Shown piece after piece: positions 39,521-51,197 of a stretch of DNA of 64,000 bases. The position numbers were made by a program, and so were the translations under genes. Source of the DNA: Octopus sinensis (lineage: Eukaryota); NCBI RefSeq assembly GCF_006345805.1, contig NW_021836146.1:124001-188000 (forward strand), read 5' to 3'. Within the stretch, counting starts at the first letter, position 1; each line of letters opens with the position of its first letter. A model generated the notes under the pieces. The model had not been told where the DNA came from. It ran no database searches and saw only the letters and a list, made by a program, of their open reading frames with translations.

Positions 39521-41031
39521 ATGATTGTAACAATAATTTCTAAATTATTCAAAGAATGCATGTACAATATAGCAAGAATGACTGTGATGATATACTTTTT
39601 CTACAATCTAAATCTTATATTGACTTCTGCATTCAACAACTGGTACTATAAAAAATTCTTTCAGTTACACATTACATTGCCATTAGAAACCTATAGTTTA
39701 CATTTATGAATGCAAACTACATACTACACTTTGAATGAATCAGGATATGCGTTTTACAATAAAATAAAGTTTAAATATTCACATTCTATTTGTTATAAAA
39801 TCAAATAAATCACTGAATGAAAAATAGATGTTTATATTTTTGTGAGATAGCAAGAGGGGTAGGAAAGGTAACAACAAAAATGAGAAGACAGAGAGAAGAG
39901 AGTTTATCTAATTTCTGAAACAACAGAAAAAAAGCTGAAGAGATTTACAAATTTAGAATTTAAATATTTGATCAAGCTAAACAGTAATGGGACCATAAAG
40001 TTGGCTAAGTACAGGCTGTCTTTAAAAACAAATTTTAAAAAATTCACTTTGTTGACTTAATGAAGAGAATTAAATATTCTTTTATGAGATAAGGAATAAA
40101 ACTCCCCTATGATATATGACAAAGAACCAGTATAAAAAATGTCAGGCAAAAATAAATTAGATCAAATAAAAGCTGACACTAGAATTATTTAAATTCACAC
40201 TCAATTCTTAATAGTTTCTTCATTTCAAAATGTTATTAACACTAGTGCTGCTGCTGCCATTGCTACTACTATTACTACTACTACTCTGTTTCATTATTTG
40301 AATTATTCTATATTCATTTTTTTCATTTTAAAAAATCTATATTATTACAGTTTGGACAAAGCTATTAACTCTCCTGGGACATTAAGAAGTGATTGAAAAT
40401 TAAGTTAATAGCATAAATATTTTAAACTCTTTTTCTAATCCTTTTAATGTGTTAAAAGATACTTTTTGATATCAAGTAAAACTTTTATAGTAAAAGAACA
40501 AGCAACAATAATGATGTTAATACATTTTTTAAATGTTTTTTTTTATAATCACATACTAAAGGAACATCTAACAACCAATGTTTCCAAGTGTCTACTAAAA
40601 TCCAGTGTGATGCAGATATATTTATAAAAAGGAACTGTACTATAGATCTATGTTAAAGATATCCAGAATGTGCTAAAACGAAAACCTAAATTAATGTCAT
40701 GTGTATTGCAGTTTCAGAATAGGCACTCTGCATCCCTGCATTTCGTGGGACATAATTAAAAGCTTTGGCAACAGGGGGCACATCCAACCACAAAAACTTA
40801 AAAAAAACTAACCCCACCTGTGCCATGCTGCTGATGAATACCCATAATAAATCCAATGAGAATAATAAATAAAAGAAGAATAGACCAAAGCAAATACATA
40901 ACTATTATTCAAAAACAAAAAAAAAAGGTACAGAAAAGGGAAAAATATTCAGAATATAAACTACATTTAGATACTATCTAAATGGTCAAAAGAAAAGGAA
41001 CAATAGTTAAAGTTAGTAATAACATATTTAA

Positions 41032-41253
41032 CCCTTTAGCATTTGAACCGGCCATATCTGGCCAAAAGTATTCTGCCTGTTTTATGTTTAAACTGGCCAG
41101 ATCTGGTCTCTCACACCAACCCTACAATATCGTTTTAAAAATTAACAGCTACCTCATTGAAATCTCATAGTTGCAAGATAATGCATGATTAGTTCAAAAC
41201 AATGTGGATAAAAAAGGCATTAATTTTGGCAGAATAATGCAAACACTAAAGGG
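41032..41253 (+). mobile_element. piggyBac-type MITE
   Basis: TTAA|CCCTTTAG ... CTAAAGGG|TTAA, with TTAA at 41028-31 and 41254-57. CCC/GGG termini with a TTAA TSD are piggyBac hallmarks. Confidence 0.88.
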
Positions 41254-42894
41254 TTAAGGCTGACATTGGACATATTAACTGCCACAGACTGCTACTGGAA
41301 CTTACTAGTGATGCCACCTATTTCCAGTCACACTGCATACTGTTTAATTACAATGAAATATAACTGTTTGGCTTAACTTTAGTATTTAGCACTCACATTA
41401 TGTAGATAGCCTCAAAACAATATTAAATGTATAGAATGAAATATTTTCTCAAATTATGAAAATGTGACACCAGTGGTGCATATGACAGTTGTGTCAAGTT
41501 TGTGATGAACTGCTGATGGTACATGTGGAGTTAATGTGTTAAACAGTTGACTAGAATAAATTATGCAGTGAGAAAAAACAATGCTGGTCATTGACTTGTA
41601 CTTGCTGTAATGCTCAAAATAATACAAGAGGTGATTTCAGACATGTTTCAGCCATACCAGACCACTCTCAATGAAATGAAGTTTACAACATCATTGCACT
41701 TATCAAAGTAGTAATGAAATCATTAACTAAATGGACAGCAATGTACACTTGTAGATGTAGTAAAGAAGAAATACTCATCATATCACACTTAAAAAACAAA
41801 GTGGAAATAAATAATTTGTCTTAAATTCTTATTCTTCAGAATAAGGATTTATGGCTCTTGAGATAAATTTAACATACCAGAACCTTCTAATGAAATAAAT
41901 CACTTGTCTATAAACTAAATTTATTCACACATTCATTATAGGTATTATGTTTGAGTACTACAGTTTATTATAAGTTGCTACTTGTGGGTTTTAATTCATG
42001 TTATAGAATAGATTTTGTGACAGCAATTTTAATTTAGTAAATTGTCAGATAACCTTTCTGCAATTTTCCTCTTAGTAAGTTTCATTTTAATGTTAAACAA
42101 AATCTGCTAATTTGCAACTAATTGGATCATTGCACCATGGAAGTCTTTTTATTTTTCATTGTTCCTATTAAAATGTGAAAAATTGAAGAATTTGTAGGCG
42201 ATAATAGATTTCCATTTCATTTTTATAATAAGCCACTTCTGAACCAACATGGAAAATATGAAGGAGTAATAAGAACTTTTCCTAATGACTAAACTGCATG
42301 ATAAGAAGAATTAACAAGAGCAATTATGAACAGGCAGTTTTCGAGATAAATCGTCTAAATCTCAAGTTATTTTCAAAAGCATTCTCATCAAACACAATTA
42401 TTTTCTTATGGTAAGAATCAACAGAATATTTTATTTACTCCATCGTGTTTTTGTGACTGAAATGTTTGGCAAGCTGACAAAAGAAAGATGTTCAAGATAT
42501 TCTGTATTGAAATTCAGACAGTTTTATAGGAATTTTATCAAGTTTCACGAGAAATTAGATTCTCATCATATGTTCCAATGACTTCATTCAAAACAATGTC
42601 AAAATTTTGAGCTGCTTGATCAACTCAAATTAGTTTCTACCATTCAGAATGATTGATTTATGAGTTACCTCCCATAAGCTAAGAGTAAATAGCAAACTTG
42701 AGTTTTCTGGCTGCTTAGTTTCTGTTAATTATCTTATCATAAACCTATCTTTTGAGACAATACTTTTCTGACGAGTAATAAATAAAAGCAAAATGTTCAC
42801 CTTATTCAGATAGTAATAATATGCTTTCCAAAGCATGTTAGTATTGTTTGAAAGGACTTTTATCTATCACAGTTAATATCATGAGATAATCAAG

Positions 42895-43110
42895 TTTGTG
42901 AATTGGCAGAATTGTTAGCACACTGGGCAAAATGTTTGGTGATGTTTTGTCTGTCTTAACATTCTGAGTTCACATCCCACTAAGGTTAACTTTGCCTCTC
43001 ATCCTTTTGAGATTGATAAAATAGGTACCAGTTGAGCACCAGGATCAATGTAATCGATTTACCCCCTCCTTCAGAATTGCTGGCCTTGTACCAAAATTTG
43101 AAATCAATAT
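42895..43110 (+). mobile_element. SINE family B copy, diverged
   Basis: GAATTGGCAGAATTGTTAGCAC..TTTGCCTCTCATCCTTTTGAG..GGTACCAGTTGAGCAC. Confidence 0.85.
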
Positions 43111-43151
43111 TACGAGATGATTATGCATATATCTCCAACAGCTTATTGAAG

Positions 43152-43936
43152 TCATCATCATCATCATCATCATCATTTAACGTCCGCTTTCCATGCTAGC
43201 ATGGGTTGGACGGTTCAACTGGGGTCTGGGGAGCCCGAAAGCTGCACCAGTCCAGTCAGATCTGGCAGTGTTTCTACAGCTGGATGCCCTTCCTAACGCC
43301 AACCACTCCGAGAGTGTAGTGGGTGATTTTATGTGCCACCGACACAGTGCCAGACGAGGCTGGCAAACGGCCACGCTCGGATGTGTTTTTATGTGCCACG
43401 ACACAGGTGCCAGACGAGGCTGGCAGACGGCCACGCCGGATGGTGTTTTTATGTGCCACCGACACAGTGCCAGACGAGGCTGGCAGACGGCCACGCTCGG
43501 ATGGTGTTTTTATGTGCCACCGACCAGGTGCCAGACGAGCTGGCAGACGGCCACGCTCGGATGGTGTTTTTATGTGCCACCGACACAGGTGCCAGATGAG
43601 GCTGGCAAACGGCCACGATCGGATGGTGCTTGTTACGTGCCCACAGCACGGAGGCCAGTCGATGCGGTACTGGCTACGGCCACGTTCGGATGGTTTTCTT
43701 ATGTGCCACGTGCCACCGGCACTGGTACCACAAAGATACAAATTCCATGATGTTCATCTATTTGATTTGTTTTGATTTGATTTTGATTTTCACTTGTCTC
43801 AACAGGTCTTCACAAGTGTCACAAGAAGGAAGGTATGCACAGTGGACTGACTACGTCCCAGGTAGGGGCCATGGGTTATGGCCTGACTAGTCTTGCCGGG
43901 TCTTCGGATGGTGTTTTTATGTGCCACCGACACAGA
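43152..43936 (-). mobile_element. Young RTE LINE 3' end: ORF terminus plus complete 3' UTR with ~6 tandem 60-bp units
   Basis: On the minus strand, GAAGACCCGGCAAGACTAG reads KTRQD* (RTE ORF end), followed by the UTR, the minisatellite at 43327-43700 and a (GAT)n tail. CpG-rich, so probably young. Confidence 0.88.
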
Positions 43937-44211
43937 GATACCTGTCTAAGTACATGCCCAAATGCCAACTGTGTTTGAATTTAATCTTTTCCAGTTGATA
44001 GTCATATCCATTAACTATTTTAATTCTACAAGCCATTATTTGAAAAGAATACCAACTATCACTTCTACATGCATGTGTGATACATCCATGCACATATGGG
44101 ATGATATGAACTTGATTTATTTCTAAAGGACTGGAAAAGACTACTAACTAAATAGAAAAACTAAATAACTGGAGGAATGATAATGTTAAGATTTTTATAT
44201 TTGAAATGCTA

Positions 44212-44620
44212 GGAGTGGCTGTGTGGTAAGTAGCTTGTTTACCAGCCACATGGTTTCGGGTTCAGTCCCACTACGTGGCACCTTGGCCAAGTGTCTTCTA
44301 CTATAGCCTCGGGCTGACCAAAGCCTTGTGAGTGGATTTGGTAGACGGAAACTGAAAGAAGCCCGTCATATATGTGTATATGTATATGCGTGTGTGTGTT
44401 TGTGTGTCCGTGCTTGTCCCCCTAGCATTGCTTGACAACCGATGCTGGTGTGTTTATGTCCCCGTTACTTAGCGGTTCGGCAAAAGAGACCGATAGAATA
44501 AGTACTGGGCTTACAAAAGAATAAGTCCTGGGGTCAAGTTGCTCGATTAAAAGGCGGTGCTCCAGCATGGCCGCAGTCAAATGACTGAAACTAGTAAAAG
44601 AGAGTAAAAGAGAAAGAGAG
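44212..44620 (+). mobile_element. Full-length SINE family A
   Basis: Near-identical to 8989. Confidence 0.95.
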
Positions 44621-45439
44621 TTTGGGGGTGGGGGGATTGGGGTGGAATAGACAGGAATGCTAACACAATATGATTTAAGAAGGAAAAGCAATACAAATAG
44701 TTTTTACTGTAAAGGTATAAATATGGATGGTAAATATAAACAAAAGTAGACACACATCATATATTTGAAATCTGAGAGGGTAACACCAGATGCTTTTAAA
44801 GAAAATACACTAAATCATAAACACACAAAGGTATATACAGCATTGATATGAACCAAAATTTACAGTGTTTATAAGCTGAACGTAAGTCAATTCAGAATGT
44901 GTGTTATGTATAGATATAAGACAGCTGAATGGAGAAGATATTGAATATTAGCTCATAACTTGATAACTTCTATGCATGTTACACTCATTACGTAAATATA
45001 CACAGAAAAATCAAATAAAAAATATATACTTCCATTTACTAGGTAGTAAAAAAAAATATATATATATATATATGAGATGCTGAAGAGCAGATTTTCAGAG
45101 CAGAAACCACCTTCTTTATAGAAGTATTTCAGCCCTTGACTCCTTACACTCTAAGGATACCAGGCAAAATCCAAGTCAAGACTATTAGCTATCCCTCTCT
45201 GCTGCTGCATATTTTATACTATTGTTGTGTTCTAACCTACACCTTCTTGGATGCCTAGGAGCCCCACAGCCAAATTACCATGGATGCTATAACCACTTTG
45301 TAATGGGACACCTGTTGTATATAGAGTAAATATTGCTCTCTGGTTCTCTTCTCCCCAGAAACTGAGCACCATTTCACAAAATCATAGGCTCCTACTTCTA
45401 TGGTAAGCTCTTTAGCTTACAATAGTCTCCCAAACTATT

Positions 45440-46420
45440 GGATAAATTGGCATGCTTTTGATTTTACATAGTACAAGGTGTTCATTCAGAACTACTTGTT
45501 TTGATGGAAATAAATAAAGTAACAAAATGTATTTTCATGCCACCCTTGCTGATAAATTCTTCATTCAGGAAAGTCTACTGTACATTTTCCAGTTATCCAA
45601 TCAACCATGATTCCATGATCCAGCTGATGTAATTTTTCCAGGTCACAATTTTCTGCCTCATACCACATAGAAAATTAGTGGAGATTCTGGAAGTGTAGTT
45701 TTTCCTTGTATGATCACTTTAAGCAATTGATTGCGCTTGTATTTATACTTCCTTTGGGTTAGTATCATTTTGCATGAGCTCAGGACATGTTCTACTTCTT
45801 ATGAAATTAAAGAGCAACAACTGTAAGACCAGGTGAGACGCTGAACCATTTTCTTATGTACTCATTGATCTTTACTTCCCACATTTCCATTATACTTGTG
45901 CTAATATTGCAGGCCAGTAAAGCCTGGTAGGACACCAGACTTCATATAGATCAATAGCCTGCAATCTTTCCTCTGCCGTTTCTTTGGTCTCATTCCCCAC
46001 TCTTTGCATAATTCAAGGAATCATCATACCAACTTCCAAAGCTCTTGACTGGTTATTCCACCATTCTTGAAATAAGATGGTTGGCTGCTGTGAACATGAC
46101 TTTATCATTCCCTTTCCTGAGAGGCTTTGTAAATCATTTGGGTTCATTCTAGATGAGGAAACTGACTCTTCTATCTGCTTCAGTATTTTACATATTTCAT
46201 CCTCCTTTATGCAAAGAATCAGTGAATCATCCATTGAAAGGGAGTTTGGTATCCACTTGCAAGGTCTTCCAGGCAACTCATCACTAGTTTCAAGATGACC
46301 CCTGTTGCCAGCATGAACTATATTGGAAAAATGGTACAGGCTATTTGCCACACCAGCTTCAAGATTGATCCTGACTGTCATGAAATCCTTTGGGGGTGAA
46401 TCAGAGAGAGAAGGTATCAA
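45440..46420 (-). pseudogene. Decayed HERO-like (RLE-type) LINE: RT C-terminal half, zinc knuckle and RLE remnant
   Basis: MDDSLILC..ILKQIEESVSSSRMNP (cf. FMDDL..WILQGLE.L..WARM.FKP); KWYDDSL; MEMWEVKINEYIRKWFSVSPGLTVVAL (cf. MERKIS.YLR.WLG.P..L...AL); VEHVLSSCKMILTQRKYKYKRNQLLKVI (cf. EHILSSC..AL.QGRY.WRHDQVL); KQVVLNE. Clade assignment is from recalled motifs. Confidence 0.75.
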
Positions 46421-46518
46421 AGTACTTTACAGCATTTTAACAAACTACTAAAACTGGATATCGGCTTTTTGGTAATGTATTAAGTGATAAATTAGCATTC
46501 TTCAAATGTAAAATTCAC

Positions 46519-46576
46519 CCTTGAATATTGATATGGTATCAAGATGTCTCAAGAAAACATTTTTATCAAGCACGTG
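46519..46576 (-). CDS. Candidate small coding exon (HVLDKNVFLRHLDTISIFK)
   Basis: Acceptor GATTATTTAG, donor AGG|GTGAAT; 58 nt; phase 0 to 1, compatible with 37467-37513. Confidence 0.3.
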
Positions 46577-49059
46577 CTAAATAATCTGTGGAATATTATG
46601 CAGTCATTTTCACATGCTGACTTAAAGACATATAACTGCACATATAGTTGCATATACAGCTCTGACCTGGAACACATCCAAGAATAATCATTCATCTAAT
46701 AGGTCAGCCCTGATCAACATTCGCCCAACTCACTAAATGCTGAACTATACACTCTCTCTCTCTCTCACACAATCTCTTTCTCTCAAACACATACACACCT
46801 CTCTCTCTCTCGCACACTCTCTTAATTGTGTTTAGAAATTGTACCAATTTAATTTTCTGTACTTGCTGTTGCTAAATTGCATTTACTTAAATTTATATAT
46901 ATTCACATCTCCCATTGTTATTCTTATAATAATGACTTGCCTCAGTAAATCAAAATGGGTGTCTCTATGCAGTCACCTGACCTGCTTGAAATAGTGCTTA
47001 AATTGCTTTAAATCACAACGTAAAGTAATCCTACATATACAATAAGACAGAATGGCCAAAGTTGGAGCACCTCTGTTAAATTTGTATGATTAAAGCTTAA
47101 CTTGGGCTAAACAACTTGTCTAATCCCTCTTTCTTCAGGCATTATTTTAATGATAAGAGTTCAAACACAACATCAGTTACACTAGCAAAAAATAAATAAT
47201 TAAATCAAATGAGTCATCTGAATCCTTTTTGACTAATATTCAAATAAAAGTTGTAGGGTTATCTTTCTTTTGACAAACTTTGTATTTGCATTCATCTCCC
47301 CAGGGCCAGTAAAAGTAATCTGTTACGTGTTACAGTAGTTAATTCAATTAAATATAGCACTTCTTCATAAATTTGTAGTCTTTTGCAAATATAAGAAACA
47401 ATAATAATATCCCAGACATCGATATATTTATTGAATAACACCTAATATTATTCAAGTGATATAGCATAACAACACATGAAGGATTGAAAAACGATTAGAA
47501 AATATCCACAAATTTTCTTCTTTTAATGCAAAGAGAAGCTGAATCTTTCTTCCATACATCAAAGAGTATTTGAAAAGAAACATACCTTTGATTAATATCT
47601 AAATAATATAACATATCGTAACTATAACATTTCTAATTCTATATAGCATCTAAGTATTTGACACAGTAACAAAGAGAGGAAGAAAGAGCTGTGAGTTTGT
47701 TGAAAAATGTCTTATAATAAATACTGCTGAAGATAGCAGTAATCTGCCATTTCTTAAAGAAATTCAATGCTTAATTTGCTCACTTGATATTTACTTGGAT
47801 TTGAATGATTTCAACATAGTAACCTATATTTAATTCCTACTTACTTAACTGTCACAGCTTTAAAAAGGAAAAGTGCATAAAGCTTCAAGGTTATTGAAAA
47901 CAAGTACAATCTGTTTAGTTTCCCAAGTTGAAAAGGAACCAAGAAAATAGTATGAGCAGTCACTGTATTGGTTTGTAGACAAAATCACATTAAATTCCCC
48001 TTAATATATGCATACTAAAATTGATTCACATGTAAAAAAAAAATTCAGTACTTTCAAACTTATTCTACACAGGCAGTCATTAAAATTAATACAAGTTCTT
48101 TCAGAAGATTCAGCTAAAACAAAAAAGAAAGCATATATTTTCCCAAGAAAAGTATTTAGTGCCATCTAAAATTGTTCTAAAGATGAGGAACAGATGAAAA
48201 GGTTTGTGCAAAAAATATATTCAACATTAAAGGAAGAGTTTAAGATTAGTGGGAAATGGCAAGGATGTAACAAAACAAATAGGAACAGCATACGAGGTAC
48301 TGTGGAAGACATGGATGTTGTTTTATTAGTTATTATACACAAACTCAACAATAAACTGCATCAGAACTAAGGTGATTTTACAGCTTAAGTGCTGGAATAA
48401 TGTGTATTACAGTTGTTATGCTGTTTTGAATTATTTTTTCACTTTTATTTCTTGTTACAGGGTAGGGAAAGTAAGACCGACAATCATTATACTCATTCAG
48501 TGAATAAAAAGATAGAAGCACGGAGTAAATATATTATAAATGGGAAGTATATTGTCATATTATTTATATTATAAAGTGGGTAGTATGTCAGCTGTTAAAT
48601 AAGCAATAATATAATCCCACATGCATGGAATTATGATTCCTATCATATGGCAATAAGTGCCTGATTATTTTCTGCGGAATCAAATGACAGAAACTTTACA
48701 TAGAGAGAACAATCTCAGCAACAACGTAACTACTATCAGGCTGTCCATATCATAAGGTTATGAGAAAGAGTAATGTGATTTGTTTATATAACTAAATTTT
48801 TGTGAGTAATTCATGAAGTTTTGAAGCAAATATTTTCTTGTTATTACCATCAGAATAAAATAAGAATAAAGATAATGAAGTGAAGATGAAATTACCATGA
48901 CCCAATTTCATGGTAATTGGTAAGCTATGAATAATTCTGGCAAACAAAATAGTGAGAGTTGGAAATTGATTCCTAAAAGCACCAGTGATAGAGATGACAC
49001 TATATAAGTTTATGGGGACAATAACATTTACTTTTTAACATGTAAGGTCACATTGCACA

Positions 49060-49270
49060 AAAGGGAGAGAAAAAAGTGAACTGAGTATGGCAGATCATGA
49101 AAGGCATCAGCCAAAATATGCAGAAGAGAAAACTGCAGTGGTATGGACATAACATACACTGAACATAAAAGTACCATCTTTTGGCAATGAAAGCTGTGGA
49201 GAAAAGCCAAGATATACAAAAGTGGCAAGACTGATCTCAAAATGTTAGGCCCTGGAAGATCAAGAGAAGT
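49060..49270 (+). pseudogene. Decayed RTE LINE RT C-terminal fragment
   Basis: GISQNMQKRKLQWYGH (cf. RRLRWYGHV) and ..DLKMLG. Confidence 0.6.
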
Positions 49271-49329
49271 TAAATTCTGCCATACTGCTGACCCATCTGG
49301 TTTAACTCAACATGAAAATGCAAATGTGC

Positions 49330-49580
49330 AAAATGTGTCAAACAGAACAATTTATCTAAAACAACCTCTATCTCATGTGATACATCATAGAGAGGTTGCC
49401 GTGTGTGGAGCCCTGATGAGTTTATCTCAAGTGAAAGTTTTTGATATGGTCAAACATCAATACTCAGCAGTTGTCTTCACAGAAGCTATTTTTGTCCCCA
49501 TCTTTTAGGGCTGTATCATTGTAATATACAGCAACATCTAGTTAGTGGTTAAGGTGATTGTCCACCTAAGTGAATTTTTA
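49330..49580 (+). pseudogene. Decayed Tx1/L1-clade LINE RT fragment
   Basis: GALMSLSQVKVFDMVKHQY..VFTEAIFVPIF*GCIIVIYSNI*LVVK (cf. ALISLDQEKAFDRVDH.YL..VL...GFGP.F..WI...YS.I.S.V.VNG). Confidence 0.75.
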
Positions 49581-49599
49581 AATGTCATGTGTTAGTGAG

Positions 49600-50290
49600 T
49601 AAGGTGGATCCATGTTAGTAAGGTGGACCCATGTGGTGTATGTGGGAGGTGGGTAATGGCAAATGCAGTGTTGTGTACGAGATGTGAGAAATGTATTCAT
49701 GGTAGATGTACAAAAATGAAGGTGACTCCAAAACTGGTGAGAGAGTTTGTTTGTGGAAGATGTGAGAAAGGAGCTGGAGGGCTGACAGAACCAGTGGGAA
49801 CACTATATGATATGAAGTGGAAATGGTGAGAGGTTTTTGTTATTTTGGAGATAGGGTGGATGTGAAGCAGCTATGACAGCAAGAGTCAGACTTGGCTGGG
49901 TGAAATTCAAGGAATGTGGAGTACTGTTATATGGGAAAAGATTGTCATTAAAGATAAAAGGAAGGGTCTATAAGAGCTGTATGGGAGTGAGATATGACTT
50001 CTGAGAGAGAGATGGCAATTTTGAGAAGGACTGAGAGAGAGAGCAATGGTAAGAAATATGTGTGGGGTGAAGCTGTTTTGATATGAGGAGGACTGAGGAT
50101 TTGATGGGAATGCTGGGGGTGGAAGAATCAGTGGAATAGTTGCCAAGGGCGAATGGAGTTAGATGGTATGGGCATGTGTTGAGGAGGGATGAAGGGTATG
50201 TTCTGAGGATGGTGATTGCATTTAAGGTAAATGGGGCATGAAAGCGATGTAGACTGAGAAAAAGGTGGAGGGGACAGGTAGAGGAGGAGA
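49600..50290 (+). pseudogene. Decayed RTE LINE RT C-terminal region containing a PHD-type (C4HC3) zinc finger
   Basis: DPCGVCGRWVMANAVLCTRCEKCIHGRC..FVCGRC, then FCYFGD..CEAAMTARVRLGWVKFKECGVLLYGKRLSLKIKGRVYKSC and NGVRWYGHVLRRDEG. Confidence 0.88.
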
Positions 50291-50811
50291 ATTTTTCTTA
50301 TGATGGAAAGGATTTTGTATCTTACTTACAGAATTAACTGGAAAACATGACAAAGCAAAGGTGTTACAAGAGAAAACTAAGAGTGCTCCAATTAATTTAA
50401 GTTAAAGTGGAATGGAGTCATCAAAATTTAAAAAAGGATAGTTTAAGTGATATAAAAGGTAGAAAGACTATTAATTTAGAGAAGAATTTCTTAATAAAGA
50501 TTTACAAAATTAATTGTGGGCTCTAGTAGTCCAAACAGAAATAGTATCCAAAGTATAAAATCAGTATAATGTTCATTCACTAAGAAGTATAGTATCTTTC
50601 TCAACACTTGTTATATGGGTCTAATTCCAAAACATAATGAACTTAGTCCAGACTAGTAGAATATATTGCCTTAATCTATCTCAATAAAAAATACACTCTC
50701 AAATATATTTAGAAGTTAATCTCTTTAAATAGCTTTGTAGCCAATGTGATATTCAATATTTGAAATAATGGATATTGGCCTTTTGTATTAGTAAAGGCTT
50801 GAAATATATAC

Positions 50812-51197
50812 AACTAGCAGTATCACCCGGCGTTGCTCGGGTTTGTAAGGGAAATAACTATAAAGCAGTTTTAGATAGTTATAGCCAAAATATAGCAAAA
50901 AAATGGGAAAAAAATGATGGTAAATTTTTTTGAGAGTTAAAAAGGTGGAGTTGCGTCCCTTAGACAGTCTGTGGTTTGTGTTTCTGATTCTTGACCCCAT
51001 GTCGAATTTATCGATTTTTTTCAGAACTGGGGGAACTTTTCAAAATTTTCGCTGCGTTAGTTTTGAATTATGACATTGGGCTATGTGTGTGTCAAGTTTC
51101 ATCAGAATCGGTTGAAAGCCGTGGTCAGAATGAGGGTACAACCAAACAGACACACAGAAACACACACAGACAAACTGCTGTTTATATAGAGAGAGAT
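50812..51197 (+). mobile_element. Non-autonomous rolling-circle element (Helitron/Helentron-associated, Lep1/DINE-like architecture)
   Basis: Starts ACTAGCAG with the subterminal hairpin ACCCGGCGTTGCTCGGGT; contains AAGTTTCATCAGAATCGG and a (CAGA/CACA)n microsatellite; ends TTTATATAGAGAGAGAT. CpG-rich, no coding capacity. Confidence 0.75.

Noticed and set aside
43327-43700. Regularly spaced ~60-bp repeats resembling a CRISPR array
   Set aside because: Whole units repeat with no unique spacers, there are no cas genes, the context is eukaryotic, and the array lies inside an RTE 3' UTR.
43177-43890. Overlapping long ORFs (up to 185 aa) on both strands
   Set aside because: They are translations of the GC-rich minisatellite and RTE UTR; the same peptides recur at 29927, 39232 and 59636.
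48890-48918. 11-bp inverted repeat AATTACCATGA / TCATGGTAATT
   Set aside because: Short and AT-rich, close to random expectation in 64 kb.
49414-49440. CTGATGAG...GAAA hammerhead core match
   Set aside because: It lies within Tx1 RT coding remnant and lacks the flanking stems; a chance match.
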